A stretch of DNA of 64,000 nt from Dehalococcoidia bacterium (GTDB taxonomy: Bacteria > Chloroflexota > Dehalococcoidia > Lucifugimonadales > UBA3495). The position numbers were made by a program, and so were the translations under genes. The stretch spans positions 22,786 through 86,785 of the forward strand of contig JASLXV010000074.1 in assembly GCA_030740155.1 (NCBI GenBank), read 5' to 3'. Below, piece after piece: positions 50,309 through 60,534 of this stretch (position 1 is its first letter; each line of letters starts with the position of its first letter). The notes beneath the pieces are model-generated. The model saw only the letters and a program-made list of their open reading frames with translations, was not told the origin of the DNA and did no database searches.

Positions 50309-51400
50309 ATGAGCAGCGACCTGACCATAGCATTAGCCGTTTTCTTTGTCAGCGCCGGTTCCGTGATATTCTTCGGCATGCGCCTGGCGGTCTACGGCGA
50401 CGCTCTGGCCACCCTGACCGGGTGGGGGCGGCTGTTCGTCGGCAGCGTGCTGGTGGCCCTGGCCACTTCGTTGCCTGAGCTTTCCACCAACATCTCGGCG
50501 GTGCGGCTCGAGCCACCCAACCCGGCGCTGGCCGTGGGCAACGTCCTGGGCGCCAACATGCTCAACATGTTCAATCTGTCGCTGGTGGTCCTGATATTCG
50601 GCGGAAAGCGGTTCCTGCAGCAGGTGGCCCCTCAGCAGGGGTACCTGGCGGTTCTGGCGATCGTCATGACGGGGCTGGCGGTGCTCTTCGGCGCCGTCAA
50701 GATGGAAATCTCCTTCTGGCAGGTCGGCCTATCGTCGGTGGCCCTCATCGTGGTGTTCGTGGCGGGCATGTGGGTGGTCTACAACACTCGGCCCCAGGAA
50801 CCCGAAAAGGACGGAGCGGAAGAGGAAGGGCCGGGAATGACGCTGCGCCGGGCCTGGCTCTTGTTCCTCGGCGTGTCCGCCGGGGTGGTGATCGCCGGTT
50901 TCTTCCTGGCCTGGAGCGCCGACCAGATCGCCGATATTACCGGCGTGGCCTCCAGCACCCTGGGAATCCTCGCCGTCTCCTTCGTGACCACGATGCCGGA
51001 GATGTCATCGGCGATTGCCGCGGCCCGCATCGGGGCGGCGGACCTGGGGGTAGCCGGGCTCTTCGGCAGCAACGCTTTCAACGCCAGCATCCTGTTCTAT
51101 GTCGACCCCTTCTACCGGGAAGGTATCCTGGGAAACCAGACGGAGCCGGCCCACTTCATAGCCGGGGGCGTCGCCGTCGGGCTGATGTTCGCGGCGTTGG
51201 CCCTCATCTTGTGGCGCAACCGGATCAAGGCCAAGTTGGTTGCCGCCGCGTTCGTGTTGATCGTGGTGGTGTATGTCGCGGGCGCGGTATCGGTGGCGAC
51301 CGTGGGCGGGACGGAGGAAGATGATGGCGAGGAGATGGCTAGCGTCCAGTTGCGTGTGCTGCGTCAACTCGCTCGATGGTCTGCTGCACCTCGCCCCTGA
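50309..51400 (+). CDS. Sodium/calcium exchanger (CaCA/YrbG) family
   Basis: Alpha repeats ATSLPEL..GANMLN and TTMPEM..GSNAFN. Confidence 0.85.
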   Translation: MSSDLTIALAVFFVSAGSVIFFGMRLAVYGDALATLTGWGRLFVGSVLVALATSLPELSTNISAVRLEPPNPALAVGNVLGANMLNMFNLSLVVLIFGGKRFLQQVAPQQGYLAVLAIVMTGLAVLFGAVKMEISFWQVGLSSVALIVVFVAGMWVVYNTRPQEPEKDGAEEEGPGMTLRRAWLLFLGVSAGVVIAGFFLAWSADQIADITGVASSTLGILAVSFVTTMPEMSSAIAAARIGAADLGVAGLFGSNAFNASILFYVDPFYREGILGNQTEPAHFIAGGVAVGLMFAALALILWRNRIKAKLVAAAFVLIVVVYVAGAVSVATVGGTEEDDGEEMASVQLRVLRQLARWSAAPRP

Positions 51401-53693
51401 CGGCGTCGTCCGGGATGGTGGCCGCCGCGGCCTCCAGCGTGGCGCGGTATTGTGACAGGAAGTCGGCCGGGGCCTGACCGGAGGCCGCCCGGCCGCCGAA
51501 TACGGCGAAGGTTTCGCTCAGCCGCCGGGCCAGCCCGTCAACGCCCAGGAGCCCCAGAATGGCCCGCAAGAACTCCCCGTCCTGCTCCAGGGAGATGGAC
51601 AACCCAGGCGCCAGTTCCCCTCGCGTCCGGTCGTAGGCGAAATAGGCCAGTGATTCTACTACCAGCTCCGCTTCCCCCGATTCATCAAGGGCCTGGACCA
51701 GCCGTGCCGCCAGCTCGGGGTCGGCGTAGATCAGCCGGTAGATGATCCGCGCCGGCGGCGATAGCACGGGGTCGCCGTCCAATACTAGCCTCAATGCGGC
51801 ATCCAGGTCGCTGCCCAACAGGCCCACGGCGGCCTGGGGCTGCCGGCGGATGAACCCTTCCAGGGGGAAAGGGGTCTCCAGATGCACCTCCACCGTTTCC
51901 TGAGTCTGGTCCTGCCCCCTGCCGGCGATGACCTCGTACATCCGGTGCAGGAACGGCTCGTCAATGATGAAGTTTCCCGACGGCTCCTCTATCAGAATGG
52001 TGATACCCCGTTCTAGCGCGGAGGTTTCAGCCCCGGCGGTGATGTCGAGCTTGACCAACAGCTCATCCGGAGTCAGCGAAAAGCGCAGTTGGGCCGGTAC
52101 CGGCTCCATTAACCGCCGGATGGTGGTTTTGTCCAGCCCTCGAATCACCCGGCTGGCCGTGGCCGGGTCGTTTTCCCGGAGCAAGTCGAAAAACAGCCTC
52201 AGGTCCTCCTTCTGCTCGAAGCTGGCTTCGGAGATAAATGCGGCCAACTCCCCGGTGCCCCGTTGGGGGTCTTTCCGGCCGGAATCAAGGATGCCGTTGA
52301 CCACGGCGCCGAACCGGTTGAGTCGATCCACGAAGCTGGCGGTTGCCTGCAGCGTGGCCCCCTCGGGCAGCTGGGCGCCTGAGCCGAAAAGCTCCAGTAG
52401 CGTGCGGTTGTCGAGAGCGGGCAGGAAATTTACCAGGAACGGCTGCCTGGGGAACTGCTCCGCCAGCAGCCTCGATTGCTCCGCGGGCGACCGCCCCGGC
52501 AGCCCGATCAGGAATTCCAGCGCCGCGGCCAGATCGGCGGCCCTGGGCAGTTCCTGTGGATCCAGCGAGGCGAGGTAGTCCCCATGTAGCCGGTGCAGGT
52601 CAACTTTGTCCCGCAGGTAGCCTCGCCAGAACTGGAAGTTCTCTTCTTTTTGGGGGTCGCCCAACAGCAAGTCGAACTGGACGGCCAGGTCCAGCAGCCG
52701 CTGGCGCTCCTCCCTATTCAAGGTCTCCCTTCGCGCTGGGAGGAGCCCGGCCCCATCGCTGGGAGAGGGGAGCGACGGGTAACCCCTCAGGTCCAGGTGC
52801 TCGAAGCCCAGGTATTTGTTGGCTGCTGCCCGGTCCTCGTGCGGCAGAGATTGGTACCAGCCGACGGCGTCGTACCAGGAGTCAAAGGGGCCATCGCTCA
52901 GAAACCGGCTCCAGTATTTCCGCAGAATGGGCGGTGTCAGTGCTAGATTGCCGCCGGTGTTGTAGACGAGGCTGGCTTCCAAGTTGTGGAGCAGGGGATC
53001 CGGGTTATCCGCCGAGAGGTCGGGCAGGTTGCGCAGGCGTTGCCGGAGCAGCTCGAAGCCGTCGGGCGGTTGGGACATGAAGAACAGGATATCGGCGTGG
53101 TAGCGTTGAATCGCCGGAGAGAGGGACTCGCCCGGAAGTGCGTCCCAACCCAGCTCCGGCAACCCGACTATCGGGAAGCCGCCCCAGTAGGAATGGCCGA
53201 TCTCGTGCATGACCCCGGTGGGCTTGGCTTCGCCCACGCCCGCCCACTTCTTGAAGCCATAGCTGCCGAAGAATCCAGGTTCCCCCTGCATCTGGCGGAT
53301 GTCGAGACTCCGCAGCAGAGCGGCGCCGGCGCCGGTGAGGTCATAAAGGGTAATGACGGCGTCCAAACGTTGCTGGACCCAGGGCGAGTTGTCCGGGTTG
53401 GGCGTGGGCTCGGGGCCGGCCTGTGGCGCCGGGAGTGGAGTCGGCGAGGGAGCCGATTGGCGTGTCGGGTAGGGGGTGGCTGAAGGCGCTCCGGTGGCCG
53501 GGGCCGTGGCGGAGCTTGAGGTGGCCGGTTCCTCTTGGATTTGTATCACGCCGTCCGGCCGGTCCGGATTATTCGGCGTCTGGCCAACGGGAGGATTCGG
53601 GGTCGGTGTTGGCTCGGGATCTCCACCGCAGGCCGGCAGGGCCAGCACCGCTATCGCCAACGCGGCCGCGATCCTCGGCAAGGCCAATTTCAC
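51339..53693 (-). CDS. Large lipoprotein with an HExxH motif and helical C-terminus
   Basis: LPAC lipobox after GTG 53693; Pro/Thr linker; VMHEIGHSYW. Confidence 0.65.
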   Translation of the reverse strand: MKLALPRIAAALAIAVLALPACGGDPEPTPTPNPPVGQTPNNPDRPDGVIQIQEEPATSSSATAPATGAPSATPYPTRQSAPSPTPLPAPQAGPEPTPNPDNSPWVQQRLDAVITLYDLTGAGAALLRSLDIRQMQGEPGFFGSYGFKKWAGVGEAKPTGVMHEIGHSYWGGFPIVGLPELGWDALPGESLSPAIQRYHADILFFMSQPPDGFELLRQRLRNLPDLSADNPDPLLHNLEASLVYNTGGNLALTPPILRKYWSRFLSDGPFDSWYDAVGWYQSLPHEDRAAANKYLGFEHLDLRGYPSLPSPSDGAGLLPARRETLNREERQRLLDLAVQFDLLLGDPQKEENFQFWRGYLRDKVDLHRLHGDYLASLDPQELPRAADLAAALEFLIGLPGRSPAEQSRLLAEQFPRQPFLVNFLPALDNRTLLELFGSGAQLPEGATLQATASFVDRLNRFGAVVNGILDSGRKDPQRGTGELAAFISEASFEQKEDLRLFFDLLRENDPATASRVIRGLDKTTIRRLMEPVPAQLRFSLTPDELLVKLDITAGAETSALERGITILIEEPSGNFIIDEPFLHRMYEVIAGRGQDQTQETVEVHLETPFPLEGFIRRQPQAAVGLLGSDLDAALRLVLDGDPVLSPPARIIYRLIYADPELAARLVQALDESGEAELVVESLAYFAYDRTRGELAPGLSISLEQDGEFLRAILGLLGVDGLARRLSETFAVFGGRAASGQAPADFLSQYRATLEAAAATIPDDAVRGEVQQTIERVDAAHATGR

Positions 53694-53880
53694 GGCTTTG
53701 CCGGGCAGGTTGCGGACCGACCCGGAAGGGAAAGCGATGCCGGCGCCGCCTATCCGCGCTCCCACGTCCTCTCCGGTGGGCTGGCGGCCCGCGCCAATCC
53801 GATTTGCGTAGGCGAGCGTAATAAGGGAAAACAATCCGGAGTGTGGGTGCCGGACGTGAGCGCCACTAACGGGGACTCAT

Positions 53881-54294
53881 CTAGATAATTTCCAGCAACT
53901 CTTCCGTAATCGATCCGTCGGCGATCCGGAATAGGCGCACCTGGGGAGCATCGGCGTCCATCAATGAGACCAGGATGTACCGGATTTCCGGCCAGAGTCC
54001 GACGGTGCCGGCGGCGAGGCGCACGTCGGTATCGGAAGGGAAGGCTTCAGAGCGGGTGTGCGAATGGTATATGGCGAGGAGGTCCCAGCCGTTTTGCCCG
54101 GCCTCCATATCGACTTCGGCTATCTCCCGGGGGTCCATGGAAAAGCGGAAGGGGCTTGCCTCCACGTTGGTCATCCGGTAGAGCTTGGAGACCCGGCCCG
54201 ATTTTCCGGACAGGATACCACAACATTCGTTGGGCAGCTCAGCCCTGGCGTGGGCCACCATATCGTCGATGTATCCTTTCTCGATCTGAGTCAA
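53881..54294 (-). CDS. JAMM/Mov34 (M67) metallopeptidase, Mec-like
   Basis: PNECCG, YHSHTRSEAFPSDTD. Confidence 0.88.
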   Translation of the reverse strand: MTQIEKGYIDDMVAHARAELPNECCGILSGKSGRVSKLYRMTNVEASPFRFSMDPREIAEVDMEAGQNGWDLLAIYHSHTRSEAFPSDTDVRLAAGTVGLWPEIRYILVSLMDADAPQVRLFRIADGSITEELLEII

Positions 54295-54438
54295 CGGCCT
54301 CTCTCCTCACCCGGTCTGGATACCGGTCCTAATAGAAATATACCAGAGGAATCCAAAGGTGAGAAGCCGCTTCAAAGGGGGAACGAAGGAAGATCCCCCG
54401 AGGGCTGCATGGGTTCATCCAGCCGACGGAGTAAGGTT

Positions 54439-54609
54439 ATGTATTACTTCAAAGCATGCAATAAGTGTAAGGGAGACCTATACCTGGAGAGCGACTCCTA
54501 CGGCTCCTTCTTGAAATGCTTGCAGTGCGGGCGCATTACGGAAGTGGAAACACGGGGGCCCGGACTGCTCAAGGTGGATGCCCGGGATTTGAAGAAACAG
54601 GCGGCCTAA
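54439..54609 (+). CDS. Small Zn-ribbon protein (56 aa)
   Basis: MYYFKACNKCKGDL..KCLQCGR; GGAG RBS; similar to the N-terminus of 33140. Confidence 0.7.
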   Translation: MYYFKACNKCKGDLYLESDSYGSFLKCLQCGRITEVETRGPGLLKVDARDLKKQAA

Positions 54610-54755
54610 CCTTTTTGGTTTCGCCGGCGCCCCGTTGGCCGCGGCCCGGCCCGTCTGGCCGGCGACCGGCGGCTTGGCCCTTGGCCCCCCGGCGCCGGAT
54701 TCGGGGTCGCGTACGGCTCAGCCGGTGTTGTGGTGACCACGTACCTTCGTCTTCG

Positions 54756-55202
54756 CTACTGGGTCTTCAGCAGGTCGGCGAACTCGTGCACCGCCCTTTC
54801 CTGCAGCCAGTTCTCCAAGGATTTGGGGCGTAGGTCACGCACCAGCTTGATGGCATTCCGCGGGGTATAACCCACGTGCACCATGTAGCAGGCCAGCACC
54901 GTGCCGGTGCGGCCGATACCCGCCATGCAGGTAACCACCACCGGCCGGTCCCACGTTTCGATTTGCTCTTCGATGAACCGGACCATGCGCTTGATCTGGT
55001 GCATTTCAGGAGCGGAGAAATCGGGCACCGGCTCGAACAGGTCGACCAGGCCTACACCCTCCCCGGAAATGGTCCTCTCTTCCATGCGTATTATCGCCCG
55101 GATGTCCTGCAGCTTGAGGAACATCAGGTCGCGGCCGTTGGTGGGCCCGGCGGCCCCGGCCAGGACGCCATCGAGTAGCCAGCCAAAGTTCAAGTAGTTC
55201 AC
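54756..55202 (-). CDS. Dual-specificity protein phosphatase
   Basis: PDFSAP acid loop; CMAGIGRTG (Cx5R). Confidence 0.9.
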   Translation of the reverse strand: MNYLNFGWLLDGVLAGAAGPTNGRDLMFLKLQDIRAIIRMEERTISGEGVGLVDLFEPVPDFSAPEMHQIKRMVRFIEEQIETWDRPVVVTCMAGIGRTGTVLACYMVHVGYTPRNAIKLVRDLRPKSLENWLQERAVHEFADLLKTQ

Positions 55203-55372
55203 GGCGGGGACCCCATCAGAGACGGCTGGGTGGGAGCTTCGAGGGAATCGCTCAGGAATCGGCCCCGGCTTTCACCGGGCCTGAATCGCATCCATTATAC
55301 TTTCTGGGTCCGGCGCCGGCCAGAGCCAGGGTGACGGGGGACCTCGCCTGATTCCCCTCTTACCAAGGGGGA

Positions 55373-55678
55373 CTACGGGGGGATCACCGCTTCGCCGGGG
55401 GTACTCAAGCGTTGCTGAACCTCTTCCGGCGTCAGCGACTCCACCACCACCAGCTTGTCCCGGGAGGCGTGTCCCCGGACTATCCGGACCCGGCTCTTGG
55501 CGATTCCCAGGGTTTGGGCCAGCAGGGAGATGACTGCCGCGTTGGCCTGGCCGGCCTCCGGGGGAGCGGTCACTCGCAGAGGCAGGGTGTCGTCCCGGTA
55601 GCCCACCACCTGGTTGCCGGCGGCCTTGGGCCGCACCCGGACTTTGACATTGACGCCGTTTACCGCGGGCCGGGCCAT
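55373..55678 (-). CDS. DUF167/YggU family protein
   Basis: VRVRPKA, VTAPPEAGQAN, GHASRDK. Confidence 0.85.
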   Translation of the reverse strand: MARPAVNGVNVKVRVRPKAAGNQVVGYRDDTLPLRVTAPPEAGQANAAVISLLAQTLGIAKSRVRIVRGHASRDKLVVVESLTPEEVQQRLSTPGEAVIPP

Positions 55679-56033
55679 GGCCGGTCCTCGATCGGCGGCA
55701 CCCCCCGGAATCGGTCCATGGCGCTACTCCTGCCGCAGATGGGGCGGTTCTCACCTGGTTGACCCCGGCGGGTGGCGAAATCTGGGGAAGCTCCGATAAC
55801 CGCGCCCGGCCCAACCGGGAAGCTCGCCGGTGGAACGCGCTGAGAAACCGGGTCTGCCGTATCGACACCCGGGATGGGCGCCGCCGGGGAACCGCCCGGT
55901 CGAGTATACCAAGATCGGGCTGGATAAGGAAAACGCCGCGGCCTCCGTCCGTGTCGATCGCCCAGACGCGCCGAGCGCCTCAAATCCGGAGGCGCCGGCC
56001 CGAGTCTTAGCCCGTCTCTGCCGCCCCCACGGT

Positions 56034-56062
56034 TAGACAGGATTTTTGCCCGATGCTATCAT
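56034..56062 (+). promoter_or_regulatory. Sigma70-type promoter of metF
   Basis: TAGACA-17 bp-TATCAT with extended TG. Confidence 0.5.
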
Positions 56063-56172
56063 GAAGCTGTTGTCTCGACTGGCCGCGGGCAGATAGTGGA
56101 AACCTGAAAACCGGACCAGGATGGAGACCAGACGACGGTTCCCGTCGAAACCGAGGAAACTGGACACTCAAT

Positions 56173-57051
56173 TTGAAGATAATAGACCTATTGAAGAATA
56201 CCCGGACCATCTCTTGCGAACTCTTTCCGCCCAAGACGGCGGAGGGGATTCCCGGGGTGTTTCGGACCATAGAGCGGCTGAAGGCTTTCTGCCCGGATTT
56301 CGTGTCCGTCACCTACGGCGCGGGGGGCACCACCCGCTCCTTCACCGAGGAGATCACGGTGCGGATCATGGCGGAGGCCGAGCTGAGGGTGATGGCCCAC
56401 CTGACCTGCGTGGGGCAGACCAGAGAGGAGCTGCACCGCGTGTTGGAGCGGCTGGACCGGGCGGGAGTCGAGAACGTCATAGCTCTGCGGGGCGACCCGC
56501 CCCGGGGGGAGAGCGGCTTCGTTCCCGTAGAGGGGGGCTTCAGCCACGCCACCGACCTGATCCATCACATCCGGCGGAACTTTGGGTTTGGGGTGGCTGC
56601 TGCTTGCTACCCGGAGGGCCATACTGAATCTCCCGACCTGGCGACCGACCTGGAATACACCAAGCTCAAGGTGCAGGGTGGGGTGGACTTCCTCATCGCT
56701 CAGCTTTTCTACGACAACAACGATTTCTTCAGCTTCGTGGACCGGGCGAGGCAGGCGAGGATCGATGTCCCCATCATACCGGGGGTGCTGCCCTTTCTGA
56801 GTACCGGCCAGATACGCCGGTTCACCGCCCTCTGCGGCTCCAGGATTCCGGAGGCACTGGACCGGCAGCTCGACAAATTTGCCGACGACGATGATGCGGT
56901 CCGGGAGCTGGGGATCGAGCACGCCACGAGGCAGGTTAGGGAGCTGTGGGACGCCGGGGTCTCCGGAGTCCACTTCTACGTCCTCAACCGGAGCTACTCG
57001 GTCTCGAAGATCCTGACGAATCTGGGCCTGCCAGGGCACACCGGGTCGTGA
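56173..57051 (+). CDS. metF: 5,10-methylenetetrahydrofolate reductase
   Basis: ELFPPK, SVTYGAGG, AHLTC, ALRGDPP, YPEGH, HFYVLN. Confidence 0.96.
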   Translation: MKIIDLLKNTRTISCELFPPKTAEGIPGVFRTIERLKAFCPDFVSVTYGAGGTTRSFTEEITVRIMAEAELRVMAHLTCVGQTREELHRVLERLDRAGVENVIALRGDPPRGESGFVPVEGGFSHATDLIHHIRRNFGFGVAAACYPEGHTESPDLATDLEYTKLKVQGGVDFLIAQLFYDNNDFFSFVDRARQARIDVPIIPGVLPFLSTGQIRRFTALCGSRIPEALDRQLDKFADDDDAVRELGIEHATRQVRELWDAGVSGVHFYVLNRSYSVSKILTNLGLPGHTGS

Positions 57052-57079
57052 TGCCCACCCCGCCGCCCGGTAGATAGCG

Positions 57080-57454
57080 ATGCTCGCCACCGGCGTGGAC
57101 ATCATCGAAATTCCTCGGGTCGGACGGGTCCTGGAGCGCTACGGCCGGCGTTTCCTGGAGCGCGTGTTCACGCCCGGGGAGATCGCCTACTGCCGGGAAC
57201 GGCCGCCCAACCTGGCGGCCCGCTTCGCCGCCAAGGAGGCCACCATGAAAGCCCTGGGCACCGGCAACCGCGGCGTGGGCTGGAAGGATATCGAGGTTGT
57301 CCGCCACGAGAGCGGCGCGCCCTCCATCAAACTCCACGGCCGGGCTGAGCGGCGCGCCCAGCGGCTGGGGGTTCAGGAGGTTGCTCTGAGCCTGTCCCAC
57401 TCGCGTGAATACGCGGTTGCCTTCGTAGTGGTCCGGCGGGAGGTGGGCCCATGA
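57080..57454 (+). CDS. acpS: Holo-ACP synthase
   Basis: GVDIIE, ARFAAKEATMKALG, LSLSHS. Confidence 0.96.
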   Translation: MLATGVDIIEIPRVGRVLERYGRRFLERVFTPGEIAYCRERPPNLAARFAAKEATMKALGTGNRGVGWKDIEVVRHESGAPSIKLHGRAERRAQRLGVQEVALSLSHSREYAVAFVVVRREVGP

Positions 57455-59043
57455 AGATCGTCACCGCGGCCCAGATGGCGGCCCTGGAGGCGGCATCGGA
57501 GCGCCACGGTGTCGGCACGGATGCCCTGATGGAAAATGCGGGCCTGGTGGTGGCCCGAGCCGCACGGCATGACCTTGGAGGCGCCGCCGGGGCCAGGGTG
57601 CTGGTCCTAGTGGGCCCGGGCAATAACGGGGCCGACGGCCTGGTCGCCGCCCGCCACCTGCGGCGCTGGGGGGCTGAGGTCACCGCGTACTTGGTCACCC
57701 GCCGGCCTGACACCGACCCCAAGATGGACCTGGCCCTGGAGTACGGCGTCGGCGTTCTCCGCTCCGCCAGCGACCCCGGCCTGGCCCAATTGGAGCGATT
57801 GCTCGCGGGATCCCGGCTGGTCATCGACGCCGTGCTGGGCACCGGACGGGCCCGTCCCCTGGAAGGGGCCGTCCGAGACGTGATGCTGTGCCTGGGGGCC
57901 TGCCGGGGCCGGGGCCGGTTTTCAACGCCCCGGCCCCAGCCCCGGGTTTTGGCACTGGACCTGCCCACCGGCCTCGACCCAGATACCGGCGAGGTAGACC
58001 CGGCGTGCCCGGTGGCGGACCTGACCGTTGCCCTTGGGCTTCCCAAGGCCGGCCTGCTGGCCTTTCCAGGAGCGGCCCACGCGGGTGAGCTGAAGGTGGC
58101 TGATATTGGGCTGCCCTCCGGCCTGGAGGAAGAAGAAAGGATAGACCTGGAACTTCTGACCTCCGAGCTGGCGGGCTGGCTCCTGCCCGCCAGGCCGCTC
58201 AACTCCCACAAAGGCACCTTCGGCCATGCCCTGGTGATCGCCGGATCGCGGAACTACGTGGGCGCGGCCTACCTGGCCTCTCAGGCGGCGGTCCGGTCCG
58301 GCGCCGGGCTGGTAACCCTGGCCACGCCCCGGAGCGTGTATCCCATCGCCGCCGCCAAGTTAACCGAGGTGATCCACCTGCCATTGCCGGATGACGATGC
58401 GGGGCGCGTCAGCCCCGAGGCCGTCGACTCCATCCGCTCCAACTTGGAACGCTACAGCTCTATACTGCTGGGGTGCGGCCTGGGCTGGTCCGCGGGAACC
58501 ACGGACTTCGTGGAGCGGCTGCTCCCGGAGGTGCGCCCATCAGTGCCCCTGTTGATCGACGCCGATGGGCTCAACAATCTGTCTGGCCTGGCCGGCTGGC
58601 GGCGGCGCTTGAGAGGACCGGTGGCCGTGACGCCTCACCCCGGAGAGATGGCCACTCTGACGGGCGCTTCGACCCTCGAAGTGCAGCAAGACCGGGTGGA
58701 ATCGGCCCGCCGGTGGGCCGCGCATTGGAACGCTACCGTCGTTTTGAAGGGCGCCCACACCGTGATAGCCGAACCCGGCGGCCTGGTCCGGGTTTCGCCC
58801 TTCGCCAATCCCGGCCTGGCCTCCGGGGGCACCGGCGACGTGCTGGCCGGCATAATCGCCGGGCTGCTGGCCCGGGGCTTGTCCCCCGCCGATGCTGCCT
58901 GCTGCGGGGTGTACCTCCACGGGCGGGTGGCCGAGGCGGTGAGAGACCGTATGGGCGACGCGGGGACCATCGCCTCTGATTTGATAGAGCGGTTGCCGGA
59001 GACCATGGCCCGGCTCCGGCGAGACGCCTCGGCAGAAGGATAG
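57451..59043 (+). CDS. nnr: Bifunctional NAD(P)HX epimerase/dehydratase
   Basis: LMENAG, GPGNNGADG, HKGTFG, DADGLN, TPHPGEM, GGTGDVLAG. Confidence 0.95.
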   Translation: MKIVTAAQMAALEAASERHGVGTDALMENAGLVVARAARHDLGGAAGARVLVLVGPGNNGADGLVAARHLRRWGAEVTAYLVTRRPDTDPKMDLALEYGVGVLRSASDPGLAQLERLLAGSRLVIDAVLGTGRARPLEGAVRDVMLCLGACRGRGRFSTPRPQPRVLALDLPTGLDPDTGEVDPACPVADLTVALGLPKAGLLAFPGAAHAGELKVADIGLPSGLEEEERIDLELLTSELAGWLLPARPLNSHKGTFGHALVIAGSRNYVGAAYLASQAAVRSGAGLVTLATPRSVYPIAAAKLTEVIHLPLPDDDAGRVSPEAVDSIRSNLERYSSILLGCGLGWSAGTTDFVERLLPEVRPSVPLLIDADGLNNLSGLAGWRRRLRGPVAVTPHPGEMATLTGASTLEVQQDRVESARRWAAHWNATVVLKGAHTVIAEPGGLVRVSPFANPGLASGGTGDVLAGIIAGLLARGLSPADAACCGVYLHGRVAEAVRDRMGDAGTIASDLIERLPETMARLRRDASAEG

Positions 59044-59438
59044 GCCCCGCCAGCGCCCTCACCCAGCCCTGGCTGCGCCGGGGCATCCCTCTCCCGAAGG
59101 GCGAGGGAACGTGCGGTGGGCCAAACTGCACAGACGCACCAGCATAATCCTGGATAATCAAAAGACCGCTGGGATTGAGGGACGGGACCATGGTCGGCCC
59201 TGGGCACTATGCTATACTTTAACCGGCCACCAACCCTTCCAGGGCGTTTAGTTGGGCGGTTACGCGTTGACGTTCTATCAGAACCTTCTTCCCCTACAGT
59301 GACCAACATAGCCAGACACGAGCGCGAAATGGCAAACAGAGCGGATTCAATGCTATATCGTCAGAGCGGCCTCGCCTGCGTCTCCGGTCCCTGCCTCCTC
59401 GATCGTGTGCGGCGGGCAAACCCGGGATAGGTGGCGTC

Positions 59439-60362
59439 ATGTCGCTGGCGCTTTTCCTCGAATCATTGGCGGACCCCTCGGCCAACGTTTTGGCCGGGGA
59501 TTTCGTTGAAGCCTCTGACCTGCTCCCTCGAGAGTTAGGACTGTTTGCCAGGACCTGGTTCGGCATCCCCGCCGAGCGCCAGCGCTGGATCATCTCAACG
59601 ATGGTGGAGTTGGCCGAAGACACCCCCGAGTTGGACTTCTGCGCGGTCTTCAAGATGTGTTTGAAGGACCGGGATGAAGAGGTCATGGAGAAGGCGATAG
59701 AGGGGCTGTGGGAGCACGAAGACCGGTCGGTGATCCCCAGTCTTGTCGAAATCCTGAAGTCCGACAAGGGCCCCAGAGCCCGGTCTGCTTCGGCCGTGGC
59801 GTTGGGCAAGTTTGCCGTCATCGTCTTGGAAGGAAAGCTGCTGCCTAAAGACGGGGAGTTGATACACGACAGCTTGATGGAGGTGCTCGCGGACCAGGAC
59901 CAACACCTGGACGTTCGGCGCCGCAGCCTGGAAGCTATCGCCCCTTTCAACACCGGGGACATCAAGAAATACGTAAACTGGGCGTACGAGAGTCAAGATA
60001 TGGACCTTAGGTCCAGCTCCATTTACGCGATGGGCCGCACCGGCGAACCAAGCTGGCTCCCCGTGCTTATCAAGGAACTCCAGAGCCCGGAGCCGGCTTT
60101 CCGGTACGAGTCGGCCCATGCTTGCGGCGAGTTGGGCGAGGAAGATGCCGTGCCTCATCTGGTCTCAACACTCCAGGATGACGAGTACCAGGTGCAGATG
60201 GCGGGCCTCGCCGCCCTGGGCAAGATCGGCGGCCCGTTGGCGAAGAAAGTGCTCTTGCACTGCGTCAAGGAGGGCGACGCCATGCTGGAAGAGGCGGCCC
60301 GAGCGGAGTTGCAGAATATAGAGTACCTGGAAGACCCGATGGCCTTCTCCTCTGAGGCCTAA
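59439..60362 (+). CDS. HEAT/PBS-lyase repeat protein
   Basis: Repeated R..A..ALG helical units. Confidence 0.8.
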   Translation: MSLALFLESLADPSANVLAGDFVEASDLLPRELGLFARTWFGIPAERQRWIISTMVELAEDTPELDFCAVFKMCLKDRDEEVMEKAIEGLWEHEDRSVIPSLVEILKSDKGPRARSASAVALGKFAVIVLEGKLLPKDGELIHDSLMEVLADQDQHLDVRRRSLEAIAPFNTGDIKKYVNWAYESQDMDLRSSSIYAMGRTGEPSWLPVLIKELQSPEPAFRYESAHACGELGEEDAVPHLVSTLQDDEYQVQMAGLAALGKIGGPLAKKVLLHCVKEGDAMLEEAARAELQNIEYLEDPMAFSSEA

Positions 60363-60504
60363 GGGGCCTGGCCGGCCCTCCGCTTTGCCCGTGCCTCTTC
60401 CGGCGCCCGGCGCCCGGCAGCTCCAACTGGTCCTTGCAGTATCGGGTCACCGGAGGATTTCGCCCACCACCTTGTGGGATACTGTCCCCCTCTCCTTATT
60501 CAGC

Positions 60505-60534
60505 TTGACACTCCGGTCCAGTGCAACCTACACT
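60505..60534 (+). promoter_or_regulatory. Sigma70-type promoter
   Basis: TTGACA-18 bp-TACACT. Confidence 0.6.
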
